From an uncultured Actinomycetota bacterium (GTDB lineage Bacteria; Actinomycetota; Actinomycetes; UBA12327), in the NCBI GenBank assembly GCA_963850215.1, contig CAWKKI010000004.1, forward strand, positions 143,588 through 207,587: a DNA stretch of 64,000 nt, written 5' to 3'. Under the pieces are notes generated by a model. The model was not told the DNA's origin. It saw only the letters and a list, made by a program, of their open reading frames with translations, and did not search any database. Position 1 is the stretch's first letter; each line of letters begins with the position of its first letter. The position numbers and the translations under genes are program-made. Of this stretch, positions 1 through 8,094 are shown piece after piece.

Positions 1-382
1 CGGAAACACTGAGGCGGCTCGGCGAGCAGGCGTGAGTCTGGGATGGAACAGGCTGTGGGCGTTCGTGCTTACCGGCCTCACGGCAGGAATCGGCGGCATC
101 ATCTACATGTCGCAACTGGGTTCGATCTCGAGCAACGTGGACGGCGGCACGCTCGTCCTCAACGCGGTGGCGGCAGCGGTCATCGGCGGCGCGAGCCTGT
201 TCGGCGGTCGCGGCAAGATGATTCACGCGGCACTGGGTGGCCTCGTCATCGCGACGATCTACAACGGCATGGCGCTGATCGGCCTGCAGGCGTCGTACCA
301 GTACATGGTCACCGCGCTCGTGCTTCTCGCTGCCGTGACAATCGACTCGCTCGCGCGACGCGGCAACAACGCGGCCGTTTAA
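1..382 (+). CDS. sugar ABC transporter permease, C-terminal fragment (5' end outside window)
   Basis: Frame is open from position 2. Hydrophobic C-terminus (GIGGIIYMSQLGS...AAVIGGASLFGGRGK...TIDSLARR) is typical of RbsC/XylH-type permeases. Confidence 0.7.
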   Translation, partial: GNTEAARRAGVSLGWNRLWAFVLTGLTAGIGGIIYMSQLGSISSNVDGGTLVLNAVAAAVIGGASLFGGRGKMIHAALGGLVIATIYNGMALIGLQASYQYMVTALVLLAAVTIDSLARRGNNAAV

Positions 383-1029
383 GCGTTGATTGCGGCGATC
401 GTTCCTGCGTAAGCATCGATACCGACCGACTGCCACGCACCCCAGGCTGGCGGCGGCATTGCTGCCTGCATCCGCGCCCTCTGCTCCTCGTTGAACTGAT
501 CGCGAATGAGCCCAATGATCAAGAACATGTTGTCGCCCTGAAATGCCTGCATCGCGTGCCCGGGAAGCTGACCCCACTCCTCGAGCGTGATGTATTCCTC
601 GACGAAGGGCATGACGATCGCTTCCTCGTCATCGAGGTGTGGGATAAGCGCAGCTTCGAGTGTGACCAACTGGACGATCAGTTCCGTACCGTCGGCCGCA
701 GATCCCGACGCCATCCACTCCTTGGCCGCCGCAATGGATCCGGCCATGGGCTCGTGAACGTTCTCGTGCTGACTGGCGACTTGGATGATGACCGCCGGGT
801 CCGGCACGCGCGCCTCAAGTCGGGGGAACAGCAACTCGTCCTCGCCGCCGTGATGCACGTGGAGGAACTCAAGCACGTTCAAGTAGTACGACCCGATCAC
901 ACCAGCTCGCGCAACATCGCCGTCCGACACAGAGCCGATGAGCCGCGGTGCCGCGGCGAACGCATTGCGAAAGACACTGTGGATCGCGGCCATCTCAGAC
1001 GTGTCAGGTGCTTCGGCTATCGCGGTCAT
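379..1029 (-). CDS. hemerythrin (HHE cation-binding) domain protein
   Basis: 216 aa ORF with His/Glu-rich helices (FLHVHHGGEDELLFPRLE, PHLDDEE). AAGGGGAG RBS lies before the ATG. Confidence 0.8.
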   Translation of the reverse strand: MTAIAEAPDTSEMAAIHSVFRNAFAAAPRLIGSVSDGDVARAGVIGSYYLNVLEFLHVHHGGEDELLFPRLEARVPDPAVIIQVASQHENVHEPMAGSIAAAKEWMASGSAADGTELIVQLVTLEAALIPHLDDEEAIVMPFVEEYITLEEWGQLPGHAMQAFQGDNMFLIIGLIRDQFNEEQRARMQAAMPPPAWGAWQSVGIDAYAGTIAAINA

Positions 1030-1132
1030 GCTCTCCCCTTGGGACTCACGTACAGGACGGGCAGACGCTAGCGGCTGGCGTCAAGGGGCGTGGATGGCTT
1101 GGCGAAATCCATGGATGTCCCGGATTGAAATT

Positions 1133-1208
1133 TGGTGCCCTCGGCAGGAATCGAACCTGCGACACAAGGTTTAGGAAACCTTTGCTCTATCCCCTGAGCT
1201 ACGAGGGC
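1133..1208 (-). tRNA. tRNA-Arg (anticodon CCU)
   Basis: Reverse complement GCCCTCGTAGCTCAGGGGATAGAGCAAAGGTTTCCTAAACCTTGTGTCGCAGGTTCGATTCCTGCCGAGGGCACCA folds as a full cloverleaf. Acceptor is GCCCTCG/CGAGGGC, T-loop TTCGATT, anticodon loop TTCCTAA, and CCA is encoded. Confidence 0.92.
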
Positions 1209-1593
1209 GGGACGTGCGGGAACGCGTGCGGAAAACCTCCGTGTAGTTCGTGCCTGTCCTGATCGTGATGGCGTGGTGAGTCTAGGACGGGCGTTGTTGG
1301 TGCCGTTGATGTCGATGCGCGTCCCGGTGGTGTGCGTAAGCACCGACCAACGGCACCAGCCAGCCATCGAGGCACCGCTAAGCGCCAGATCGAGGCGGCA
1401 TGTGTCGGTTAGGCGGCTATCGCTGAGGTGGGTGTTCGCGGGAGAGCTCGCGTTGCCAGACACAACGGTAACGAGGGCTCGCCGACACAGCGGCCCTAAC
1501 TTGGGCGTCGGAACGAAGCCCACGGCCAACCCCAGGAAATTCGTTGGTGCGCCCCCAGGATCGCTTAAGTGGCCGAGCGATTGGGATTCCCAA

Positions 1594-1965
1594 TCAGGTA
1601 GTCGACTCCGTGTCGCGTCCTGCGTCAGGGTCGGTCAGTCGAGGGTCGAGTTTGACGGCACGGGCCTCAAGTCTGTCCGCCTCGTCACGCTGGCGCTGCG
1701 CCTCAGCTTGGTTCACTTGCGCTACTCGTTCGCTCTCTGATGCCTGACGCTCGGCTACGGCACGGGCATGTGCGGCCGCGGCGACCTGCTCGTCGGCGGC
1801 GGCTTGCGCGGACTCGGCCCTCGCGGACCGGTCCTGTGCCTCGGCGAGGTGCTCGCGGGCCTGCTCCTGCTTGCGCCGAGTCGTGCCGCTTCTCATGGCT
1901 GTGACGATGAGTCCAACAATCACAAGCAGCACAACGACGATTGCGATGATGACGGCGGTCTTCAT
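1594..1965 (-). CDS. hypothetical membrane-anchored protein with A/E/R/Q-rich coiled-coil tail
   Basis: N-terminal TM helix MKTAVIIAIVVVLLVIVGLIV is followed by a low-complexity helical region. No family recognised. Confidence 0.5.
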   Translation of the reverse strand: MKTAVIIAIVVVLLVIVGLIVTAMRSGTTRRKQEQAREHLAEAQDRSARAESAQAAADEQVAAAAHARAVAERQASESERVAQVNQAEAQRQRDEADRLEARAVKLDPRLTDPDAGRDTESTT

Positions 1966-2265
1966 GGCCGGTCTCCTCAGGTGTGAGCCCCAGCGGCTCG
2001 CAATCTGATTACCCGCCAGCCCCGTTTCTATCCCCCGGCGTGCGCGGATTCATCGCTGCGCAGAGACTGCACCACCGAATCGCCACAGCCTCTTGCGAGC
2101 GACAGATACGACGTGATCACCTGCGTTCCACGCCCGCACACACGTCCGGTCCTTGGCGCAGTCGCGTGTGAGGATGCAGGCCGCTCACCCAACCTGGGTC
2201 GCGACCGCGAGGGCGCGCCCGCGAACCGGTAGAACCAGCAGTTGAACGAGCGAGTGGACGGTGCG

Positions 2266-2772
2266 TCAAGCCGTAACTGCCTTGACCGCCTTCACCAGAG
2301 ACTTGGGTGCTGTCGGCGACTTGGGAGCCTTCTTCTTCAACTCGAGCAACTGCTCGCCGAGGTCCTGCAACTGGGTGCGGCTCAGGCCCTCGCGGACCTT
2401 GGGGAACCAGTCCTGCTCTTCCTCATCGATGTGATGGCGCACGTTCTCGATCAGGACAGTCGTCTTGGCGTCGAAGTGCTCGTCCTCGCCGTCCATGCCC
2501 CACAGTTCAAGGCAGAGAATGTCGGCAACGTGGTGCTCCTCGTAAGACTCAAGAACGTCATCTTCCAGGTCGGGCAGAAGTTCGCGCACGCGCGGGTACA
2601 TGCATTCGTTCTCGATGTAGGTGTGCGCGGTCAGCAGCTCGATGATGCGCTTGACCACGTCAGTCTTGGTCTTCGCCGCCCCGTCACCGAGGCCCTCGAA
2701 CTTACGGAACAGCGTCTTGACTTCCTTGTGGTCGTTCTTGAGCAGGACGATGGCGTCGGTGGACATAGGCAA
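2266..2772 (-). CDS. hemerythrin domain protein
   Basis: 168 aa, with N-terminus DAIVLLKNDHKEVKTLF and later EEHHVADIL and HHIDEEE, the typical HHE pattern. Lies 6 nt downstream of the LLM gene, so probably in the same operon. Confidence 0.85.
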   Translation of the reverse strand: MPMSTDAIVLLKNDHKEVKTLFRKFEGLGDGAAKTKTDVVKRIIELLTAHTYIENECMYPRVRELLPDLEDDVLESYEEHHVADILCLELWGMDGEDEHFDAKTTVLIENVRHHIDEEEQDWFPKVREGLSRTQLQDLGEQLLELKKKAPKSPTAPKSLVKAVKAVTA

Positions 2773-2778
2773 ATCTCC

Positions 2779-3714
2779 TTAGTTCAGAATTTCCTTGCCG
2801 AACAGTTCAATCAGCTCGCGGTAGTAGGGACCCATAGGCGCGACGTTGAGCTCATCGAATCCCGCGTCCGCGTACTCGTCGATCATCCGGACGTATGTGT
2901 CGGGATCCGGGCCGACGGGCGTGGGCATGTCCTCGGGGTCAACCGATGCGGCCGCCTGCTCGAAGTGCTCCGGAGTCGGCAGCACCTGGGACAACTCCCC
3001 GTTGAGTGCCTCGGTAGGCCAAAGCCGGTGAGCGATCTTGCGCGCTTCGTCCTCGGTCGGCGCCCAGCAACCCTTGGTGCCCGCCCGCACCGGCATCGAG
3101 CGGCCAGCGCGAGACAGAAACGTCTGCACTGCCTGCCTGTCTGGTCGCGTGCTGATGAAGCCGTCGCCGATATCGGCGGCCAGCTCGATGGCACGTGGGC
3201 CGAAGCCCGAGACATACACCGGCGGCGGACTATCGGGCAACGTGAAGATCCGCGCGCTATCCAACGAGTAGTGGGTGCCGCGGTGCGTGACCACCTCGCC
3301 GGTCCACAGTCGCCGCATCAGCGCCACTGCTTCGGTGAGCATCTCGGCGCGGATCTCCCATGGCGGCCATGGCGCGCCGGTGATGTGTTCGTTGAGCGCT
3401 TCGCCTGTGCCAACGCCAAGGATGAACTGCCCGTTGGTTAGCACCGCACTGGTTGCGGCTGCTTGCGCGATCACCGCGGGATGAGTCCGGATGATCGGAC
3501 AGGTCACCGCCGTCATCACCGGCAGGTCGGTTACGGCAGACAGCGCGCCGACCATCGACCACACGAACGGCGACTGGCCCTGCTCCTTGTTCCACGGGTG
3601 AAAGTGATCGGAGATCCACAGGCTGCTGAAGCCAGCCTCTGCGGCCAGCCGCGCCTGCTCGATCAGTTGGGCGGGGGAGTACTCCTCGCACGAAAGAAAC
3701 CATCCGATTCGCAT
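2779..3714 (-). CDS. LLM-class F420-dependent oxidoreductase (resembles the G6PDH-family LLM group)
   Basis: 311 aa. MRIGWFLSCEEYSP...SLWISDHFHPW...ILGVGTGEALNEH matches the luciferase-like monooxygenase / F420 oxidoreductase pattern. Confidence 0.85.
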   Translation of the reverse strand: MRIGWFLSCEEYSPAQLIEQARLAAEAGFSSLWISDHFHPWNKEQGQSPFVWSMVGALSAVTDLPVMTAVTCPIIRTHPAVIAQAAATSAVLTNGQFILGVGTGEALNEHITGAPWPPWEIRAEMLTEAVALMRRLWTGEVVTHRGTHYSLDSARIFTLPDSPPPVYVSGFGPRAIELAADIGDGFISTRPDRQAVQTFLSRAGRSMPVRAGTKGCWAPTEDEARKIAHRLWPTEALNGELSQVLPTPEHFEQAAASVDPEDMPTPVGPDPDTYVRMIDEYADAGFDELNVAPMGPYYRELIELFGKEILN

Positions 3715-3722
3715 GGCGGGGA

Positions 3723-3748
3723 GTACCCGCTATCGCGCAGACTCAACC
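3723..3748 (-). promoter_or_regulatory. candidate SigF/SigB-class promoter (GTTG-N15-GGGTAC), 8 nt before the LLM ATG (leaderless geometry)
   Basis: Minus strand reads GGTTGAgtctgcgcgatagcGGGTACtccccgccATG. Confidence 0.35.
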
Positions 3749-3838
3749 GCCGCGGCAGTGTGTGGCCCGTCTAACCGATTCCTACTTGAATGCGTCCCGG
3801 CCGGAGACAACCAGAAAGGTGGATGACCAAATCACGAG

Positions 3839-4435
3839 TCAGCGATCTTCTGCAGAAGTGCGCAGGATGCCCCAGTAGGCCGAGCCGAGCAGTAGCACCC
3901 CTGGCAGAACCCCGCCCACCGTTGCGCTCACCGACTCTGATGCGTGGGATGCGGCCGCGATGAGCCCGACCATCCCACAGAGCCCAATGAAGCCCCCGAG
4001 GAGGTAGAACGCGGGGAATCGCCACATTGGCGCAAGGGCCACGAAGTGGACGCCAACGACGATGGACACCCATGCCGCCACCGCATTGGGAAGCGCGAGG
4101 TGGTCGGTGAGAACCTTGGCACCGACCACGATCGCGGCGAACTCCGCCGCCACGACGAGCCAGTACGTCAATCCCAATCCGAAATTGTCCACGCTGTTGG
4201 GCCGAGAACCTGACGGCGGCTGACGTCGAGTCGCCAGTGCGACAAGGGCAATGAATGCCACCGCCGCAATGATGCGCAGCACGGTCGATACCTGAGCCGG
4301 CAGGGAAGCGGTGTTGGCCGCGACGAATGCGAACCCGAACGCGCCTCCTATGAGGCAGCCAAGCCGCGGTCCGTCAAGGCTGTTCCCGCGTGACGGGGAC
4401 TGAGCCGACGGGGCAGATGGTGTAGGCGCCACCAC
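3839..4435 (-). CDS. hypothetical polytopic membrane protein
   Basis: 198 aa with about 5 hydrophobic segments. No family recognised. Confidence 0.6.
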   Translation of the reverse strand: MVAPTPSAPSAQSPSRGNSLDGPRLGCLIGGAFGFAFVAANTASLPAQVSTVLRIIAAVAFIALVALATRRQPPSGSRPNSVDNFGLGLTYWLVVAAEFAAIVVGAKVLTDHLALPNAVAAWVSIVVGVHFVALAPMWRFPAFYLLGGFIGLCGMVGLIAAASHASESVSATVGGVLPGVLLLGSAYWGILRTSAEDR

Positions 4436-4483
4436 GTCTCGATTATCTGCCGCCCGTTCACAACGTCAAATGCGCGGGGTGGC

Positions 4484-4508
4484 GTTTGGTTGGCGGGCGA
4501 GCGGGTAC
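4484..4508 (+). promoter_or_regulatory. candidate SigF/SigB-class promoter (GTTT-N15-GGGTAC)
   Basis: ggcGTTTggttggcgggcgagcGGGTACtc lies about 80 nt upstream of the Rho_N-domain gene. Confidence 0.5.
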
Positions 4509-4588
4509 TCATGCAGATCGCTCGTGGAGCACCCCGCAGATGAATCGGGGTGATCAATACCGCATAACCACTGGCAAAGGAGGCAGTG

Positions 4589-4918
4589 ATGCCGCAAGCA
4601 GCGTGGAGTGCTAAGCGCGAACGTCAGTATCGACATGTGAAGGCCAGCGCGAAGAAGCGCGGCGAATCGGAAAACACCGCTGAGCGAATCGCGGCCAGCA
4701 CAGTGAACAAGGAACGCGCACGCGCCGGAGAATCGGCCAACGCCAGTAAGTCGTCCACGTCGGACATGTCCTCGTCCCGGCGAGGGGGCCAACGCTCCCA
4801 CTCCGGCGCGAGGGGGCGCACGAAGGACCAGTTGTACGCCGAAGCCGCCAGGCGCAACATCAAGGGCCGCTCACGGATGAACAAAGCCCAGTTGCAACGT
4901 GCTCTCGGTGGGGACTAG
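4589..4918 (+). CDS. Rho termination factor N-terminal (SAP-like) domain protein, basic and low-complexity
   Basis: AAAGGAGG RBS precedes the ATG at 4589. C-terminus TKDQLYAEAARRNIKGRSRMNKAQLQRAL resembles a Rho_N motif. This is a typical small actinobacterial stress protein. Confidence 0.7.
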   Translation: MPQAAWSAKRERQYRHVKASAKKRGESENTAERIAASTVNKERARAGESANASKSSTSDMSSSRRGGQRSHSGARGRTKDQLYAEAARRNIKGRSRMNKAQLQRALGGD

Positions 4919-4981
4919 TCACTCACCGCCGCAGTGGCCGTTGCACGTTTATGTCATCACCTAACCCGATGGGAGTGCATC

Positions 4982-5448
4982 ATGCTTGACCTCAGCGAAA
5001 CCGGCGATGTGGTCGATGTCCTGCTCGACCAGCATGAGCAGATCAAGAAGGCCCTCAGCGAGGTGGCAAACAGTGACGGCCCGGCGCGGGCCGAGGCGTT
5101 TGAGCGCCTTTGTTCAATGCTTGAAGAGCATGAGCAAGGAGAGCAGGAGGTGGTCCACCCGATCACCGAAGCGACTCCCAGCGCAGAGGGAATCGGGCAA
5201 GCCCGCGTCGAGGAGGAAGAGGAAGCCGATCGGGCCTTAGCCCACCTTCGCGAGTTGGGCACCGACCATGAAGACTTCGCTGACGAGTTCACAGCATTCC
5301 ACCAAGACGTGCTAGCTCATGCGGAGGCGGAGGAGCGCACCGAATTTCCCCGCTGCGCGAAACGCACAGCCAGCAGCGACTGCAGGAGTTAGCTCAACAG
5401 TTGCGCGACGCGCAATCACATGCCTCGACTCACACGACTAGCGGCTAG
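4982..5448 (+). pseudogene. hemerythrin domain protein with an apparent frameshift near 5351
   Basis: GGGAG RBS precedes the ATG at 4982. The annotated frame ends abnormally (EFPRCAKRTASSDCRS*). An overlapping frame continues with a family-like tail, (L)RETHSQQRLQELAQQLRDAQSHASTHTTSG*, ending at 5448. Confidence 0.6.
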
Positions 5449-5631
5449 TAGCGCCCTACAGACCGAGGTTCTTGCGCGCGATGTTCGCGATGATCCCGGC
5501 CGCGACATCACGCAGTTGACGCTGCGGTCCCGTGAGCCCCTTCGAAGCCGCAGGGGTCGACCGAGTAAAGCAATCGCCCCAGCCAAGCCGCTCCTGCGTT
5601 AGCCCCCGGGTGATTCCGCGACGCGCTCAGA

Positions 5632-6546
5632 TCAGCCCAGCCGTGCGCCCCAACTGCTGGTGCAGCTCGCACCTGGGTCTAGGCGTTGGAGGCCGATTCC
5701 GGTTTGGAACGCGTTGGGTGGGCATGTCATCGGCTCAGCGCCCAGGCCCCGGCGCCGTCGGTCTTCGGCGAGGGTGTCACCGGAGTAGAGCTCGATGAAT
5801 TCGTAGGTGCGGTCAACCCAGAGTTCGGCCCGCGTGCCGTCGGGGCCGGTGAGGATGACCCAGGCACGTCCGTCGGAGTCTCGCGCGAGGTCGAAGAAGG
5901 GCGTGTCCAACCGCTGTTCGCCGATCTCCTTTGCTGCGGTGAAGTCCATGGGTGTGCCAACGGTGGTTCTGGTGCCTGTTGGAAGTTGTCGATCGTTGGC
6001 GGTGTCGACCCACTTTGCCGCTTCCAGTTGCAGTGTGCACTGGTTGATCAGACCGGTTCCCGGTGACAGATAGGGGTGTTGACCACTGCCGTAGGGGCAG
6101 GTCGTCTCGCCTCGGTTGGTCGCGGTGGTGGTCACGGTCAGCCCGGTCGAGCTCAGGGTGTACTCGATCTGCACGTCGAGGAGGAACGGATAGCCCGGCA
6201 TGGGATGAAGTCGAGTTGCCATTAGCACCCGGTCTGGGTCGTGCTCGATGGCCTGCCAGTTACGCCAGCGCAGCAAACCGTGGATTGCGTTGTGCTTGTC
6301 AGGCTCGGTGACCGCCACCTGATATCTGTCTCCGTCGAAGGAGTAAGCGCCCTCGGCGAGACGGTTGGGCCACGGGATCAGCGGTGCGCCATGCGCGCCG
6401 TCACACATTGCCTCCAGTGGGTACGGCTCCACCACGTCGCGAGTACCGACGGCGTACTCACGGATACCACCGCCCACCTCCACGATGGTCGCCCGCTGCG
6501 AACCGGCGGAAATATGAAACTGGGCACCAGACGCTGCCCGACTCAT
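5632..6546 (-). CDS. aldose 1-epimerase (galactose mutarotase-like) family protein
   Basis: GAPLIPWPNRL...AIHGLLR...GSGQHPYL...EPMTCPPNAF are hallmarks of the family. ATG at 6546 has a G-rich RBS; an upstream start at 6570 is possible. Confidence 0.8.
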   Translation of the reverse strand: MSRAASGAQFHISAGSQRATIVEVGGGIREYAVGTRDVVEPYPLEAMCDGAHGAPLIPWPNRLAEGAYSFDGDRYQVAVTEPDKHNAIHGLLRWRNWQAIEHDPDRVLMATRLHPMPGYPFLLDVQIEYTLSSTGLTVTTTATNRGETTCPYGSGQHPYLSPGTGLINQCTLQLEAAKWVDTANDRQLPTGTRTTVGTPMDFTAAKEIGEQRLDTPFFDLARDSDGRAWVILTGPDGTRAELWVDRTYEFIELYSGDTLAEDRRRRGLGAEPMTCPPNAFQTGIGLQRLDPGASCTSSWGARLG

Positions 6547-6725
6547 AACCCGATCCCCCGCCCCCCACACCGCCGTGTCCTCGCATCGACGTCCGCAGTG
6601 CGATCGCCCAGACGCCGGTTTGCACCGGTGAGGGCGATGACCGTATTAGTTGTGGCCACGGCAACTGACACTAAGGCCAAGCGCCGCCAGTGCCCTGCAC
6701 GAGGTTGCGACGGACTCACGGTCCA

Positions 6726-7022
6726 TCACACCCAGCGGACTGGGTAGCGAGGTCGGGAAAGCTCACGGGCTTCGACGGTGTGGACGCTCACGTCGATGCG
6801 GTGCGGATTGAGTACCTGGTAGGTGAGCGCGACCCCGCGCTCGATCGCCGTCATCCGATCCCGACTGCGGGTTCGAAGGTCCACAATCCATCCCCCGTCG
6901 TCCTTGATCATCAACTCGCAGCCCGCTGAGTCCAAGGATTCAACGACCTCGCCGAGCAGTTCGATCGGGATCGGCTCGGTTGGTCGGAGCGCGAGGCGCA
7001 CCTTCCAACTAGTCCTAGTCAT
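6726..7022 (-). CDS. hypothetical small protein (orphan)
   Basis: 98 aa from the ATG at 7022 (MTRTSWKVRLALRP...), third-position GC about 77% by hand count. The upstream start at 7181 would add a low-complexity extension. Confidence 0.4.
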   Translation of the reverse strand: MTRTSWKVRLALRPTEPIPIELLGEVVESLDSAGCELMIKDDGGWIVDLRTRSRDRMTAIERGVALTYQVLNPHRIDVSVHTVEARELSRPRYPVRWV

Positions 7023-7735
7023 GTGACAGTCCCACACCTGCCGGTGTGTGCTCCCTCTCTCCGCGTCAAGGCGGCTTTCGTCGCTGCTATCCGTTGGCGA
7101 CGAGACGGGCGTGGATGATTGCTCGCCACCGCTGTGGCTTCGCGGTCTGGGCTGTGCCGGTGAACCAGGTTCCGCTGACAACTTCGTAGTAGCCGCACGC
7201 CCGTGAGACCTCCCGTCCGTCGCACGGATTTGTCGGCAACCCTCTACCCAGTTTCCTCGGCATTTAGAACGTCAGCCCCGCACGACCTTTGGGCAACCGC
7301 ACGCCCGTGACCGGTGAGGAAGGGTGTGGGTTGCGCGCGCCGGCTACGCATCTGACCGGCCTCAGGATCTGGCGGTTGCGCGAGGCCCGGGCGCGCATCA
7401 CATCCGCGGCTCGCGAACTTCTAATTCTGTGGAAATCCCGGTACTACTTCACGGAGTGCTGCGGATTGGAGACTGGATGATGATCTCCTTGTGGGCGGCG
7501 GCGCACGCGTGGAGGTCAACCAGAACGAAGAAACGATAGACGCGAGACGACGAAGACTTAGCCAGCGACATGGTCACCCAACTCGTTGCGGAGAGGACGA
7601 TCGAACCGGCCTGAGCATCCTTTCTGGGAACGCCTTTCCATCCAGCGATGCACACATACCAAAGTGGTAAACGTGTTTCCGCTAGCCGCCGAAGGATGCC
7701 TAAAATCCGGTGCCGTGACGACGTGCACCGTGGAG

Positions 7736-7996
7736 ATGGACCCGTCAGCCGAGACCTTCGTGGCCCGTCTCGATGAGAGTGTTGCCATTCCGATCGGCTC
7801 ATGGTCCGACCTCGCCGACGTCATCGCCGATCACGATGTGGACGATCTGCGGTCCACGGTACTCGCACAGGTGCGCTGGCTGGTAGCAAAGGGAGATCGC
7901 CCAACCCTATGGTCACTGAGGTGGGTGGTCACCGATGAAGACGGCCAGCCGCTGCGCGCACCGATGACGGTCGAGGACGAGGCCAGTACCTACTAG
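7736..7996 (+). CDS. hypothetical small protein (orphan)
   Basis: 86 aa from the ATG at 7736 (MDPSAETFVARLDES...), third-position GC about 74%. The longer start at 7586 runs through a lower-GC region. Confidence 0.4.
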   Translation: MDPSAETFVARLDESVAIPIGSWSDLADVIADHDVDDLRSTVLAQVRWLVAKGDRPTLWSLRWVVTDEDGQPLRAPMTVEDEASTY

Positions 7997-8094
7997 TCGA
8001 CGGCCGACAAGGTTGACAGGTCACGCGCCTCGACGGCTGGGGATGTCGCTTCTCGACGCACGTCGTTTTGATTTGTTCGACTCTCTGGTAAGCC

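Noticed and set aside
1545-1600. D-loop-like AGTGGCCGAGCG plus hairpin GATTGGGATTCCCAATC as a second tRNA
   Set aside because: There is no T-arm (no GTTCGAnnC) and no acceptor pairing, and position 33 of the putative anticodon loop is not U.
2242-3441. Long alternative-frame or antisense ORFs (also 17322..18206, 22438..23307, 38676..40046, 50689..52203, 51533..52693, 57525..58514 and many others)
   Set aside because: These are typical shadow ORFs of GC-rich DNA. Their products are Arg/Pro/Gly-rich with no family-like motifs, and each overlaps a frame with a clear family signature.
5420-5602. 60-aa plus-strand ORF after the hemerythrin gene
   Set aside because: It is Arg/Leu/Ser-rich with no RBS, and the repaired hemerythrin frame ends inside it.
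7330-7400. Faint resemblance to a TPP riboswitch (CCTCAGGATCTGGCGG)
   Set aside because: The CUGAGA and pyrimidine-sensor blocks are absent, and no thiamine gene lies downstream.
7586-7660. tRNA-like T-arm signature (GGACGATCGAACCGGCC) suggesting a minus-strand tRNA or fragment
   Set aside because: The flanking sequence cannot be folded into acceptor, anticodon or D arms, and the T-stem itself has a mismatch.
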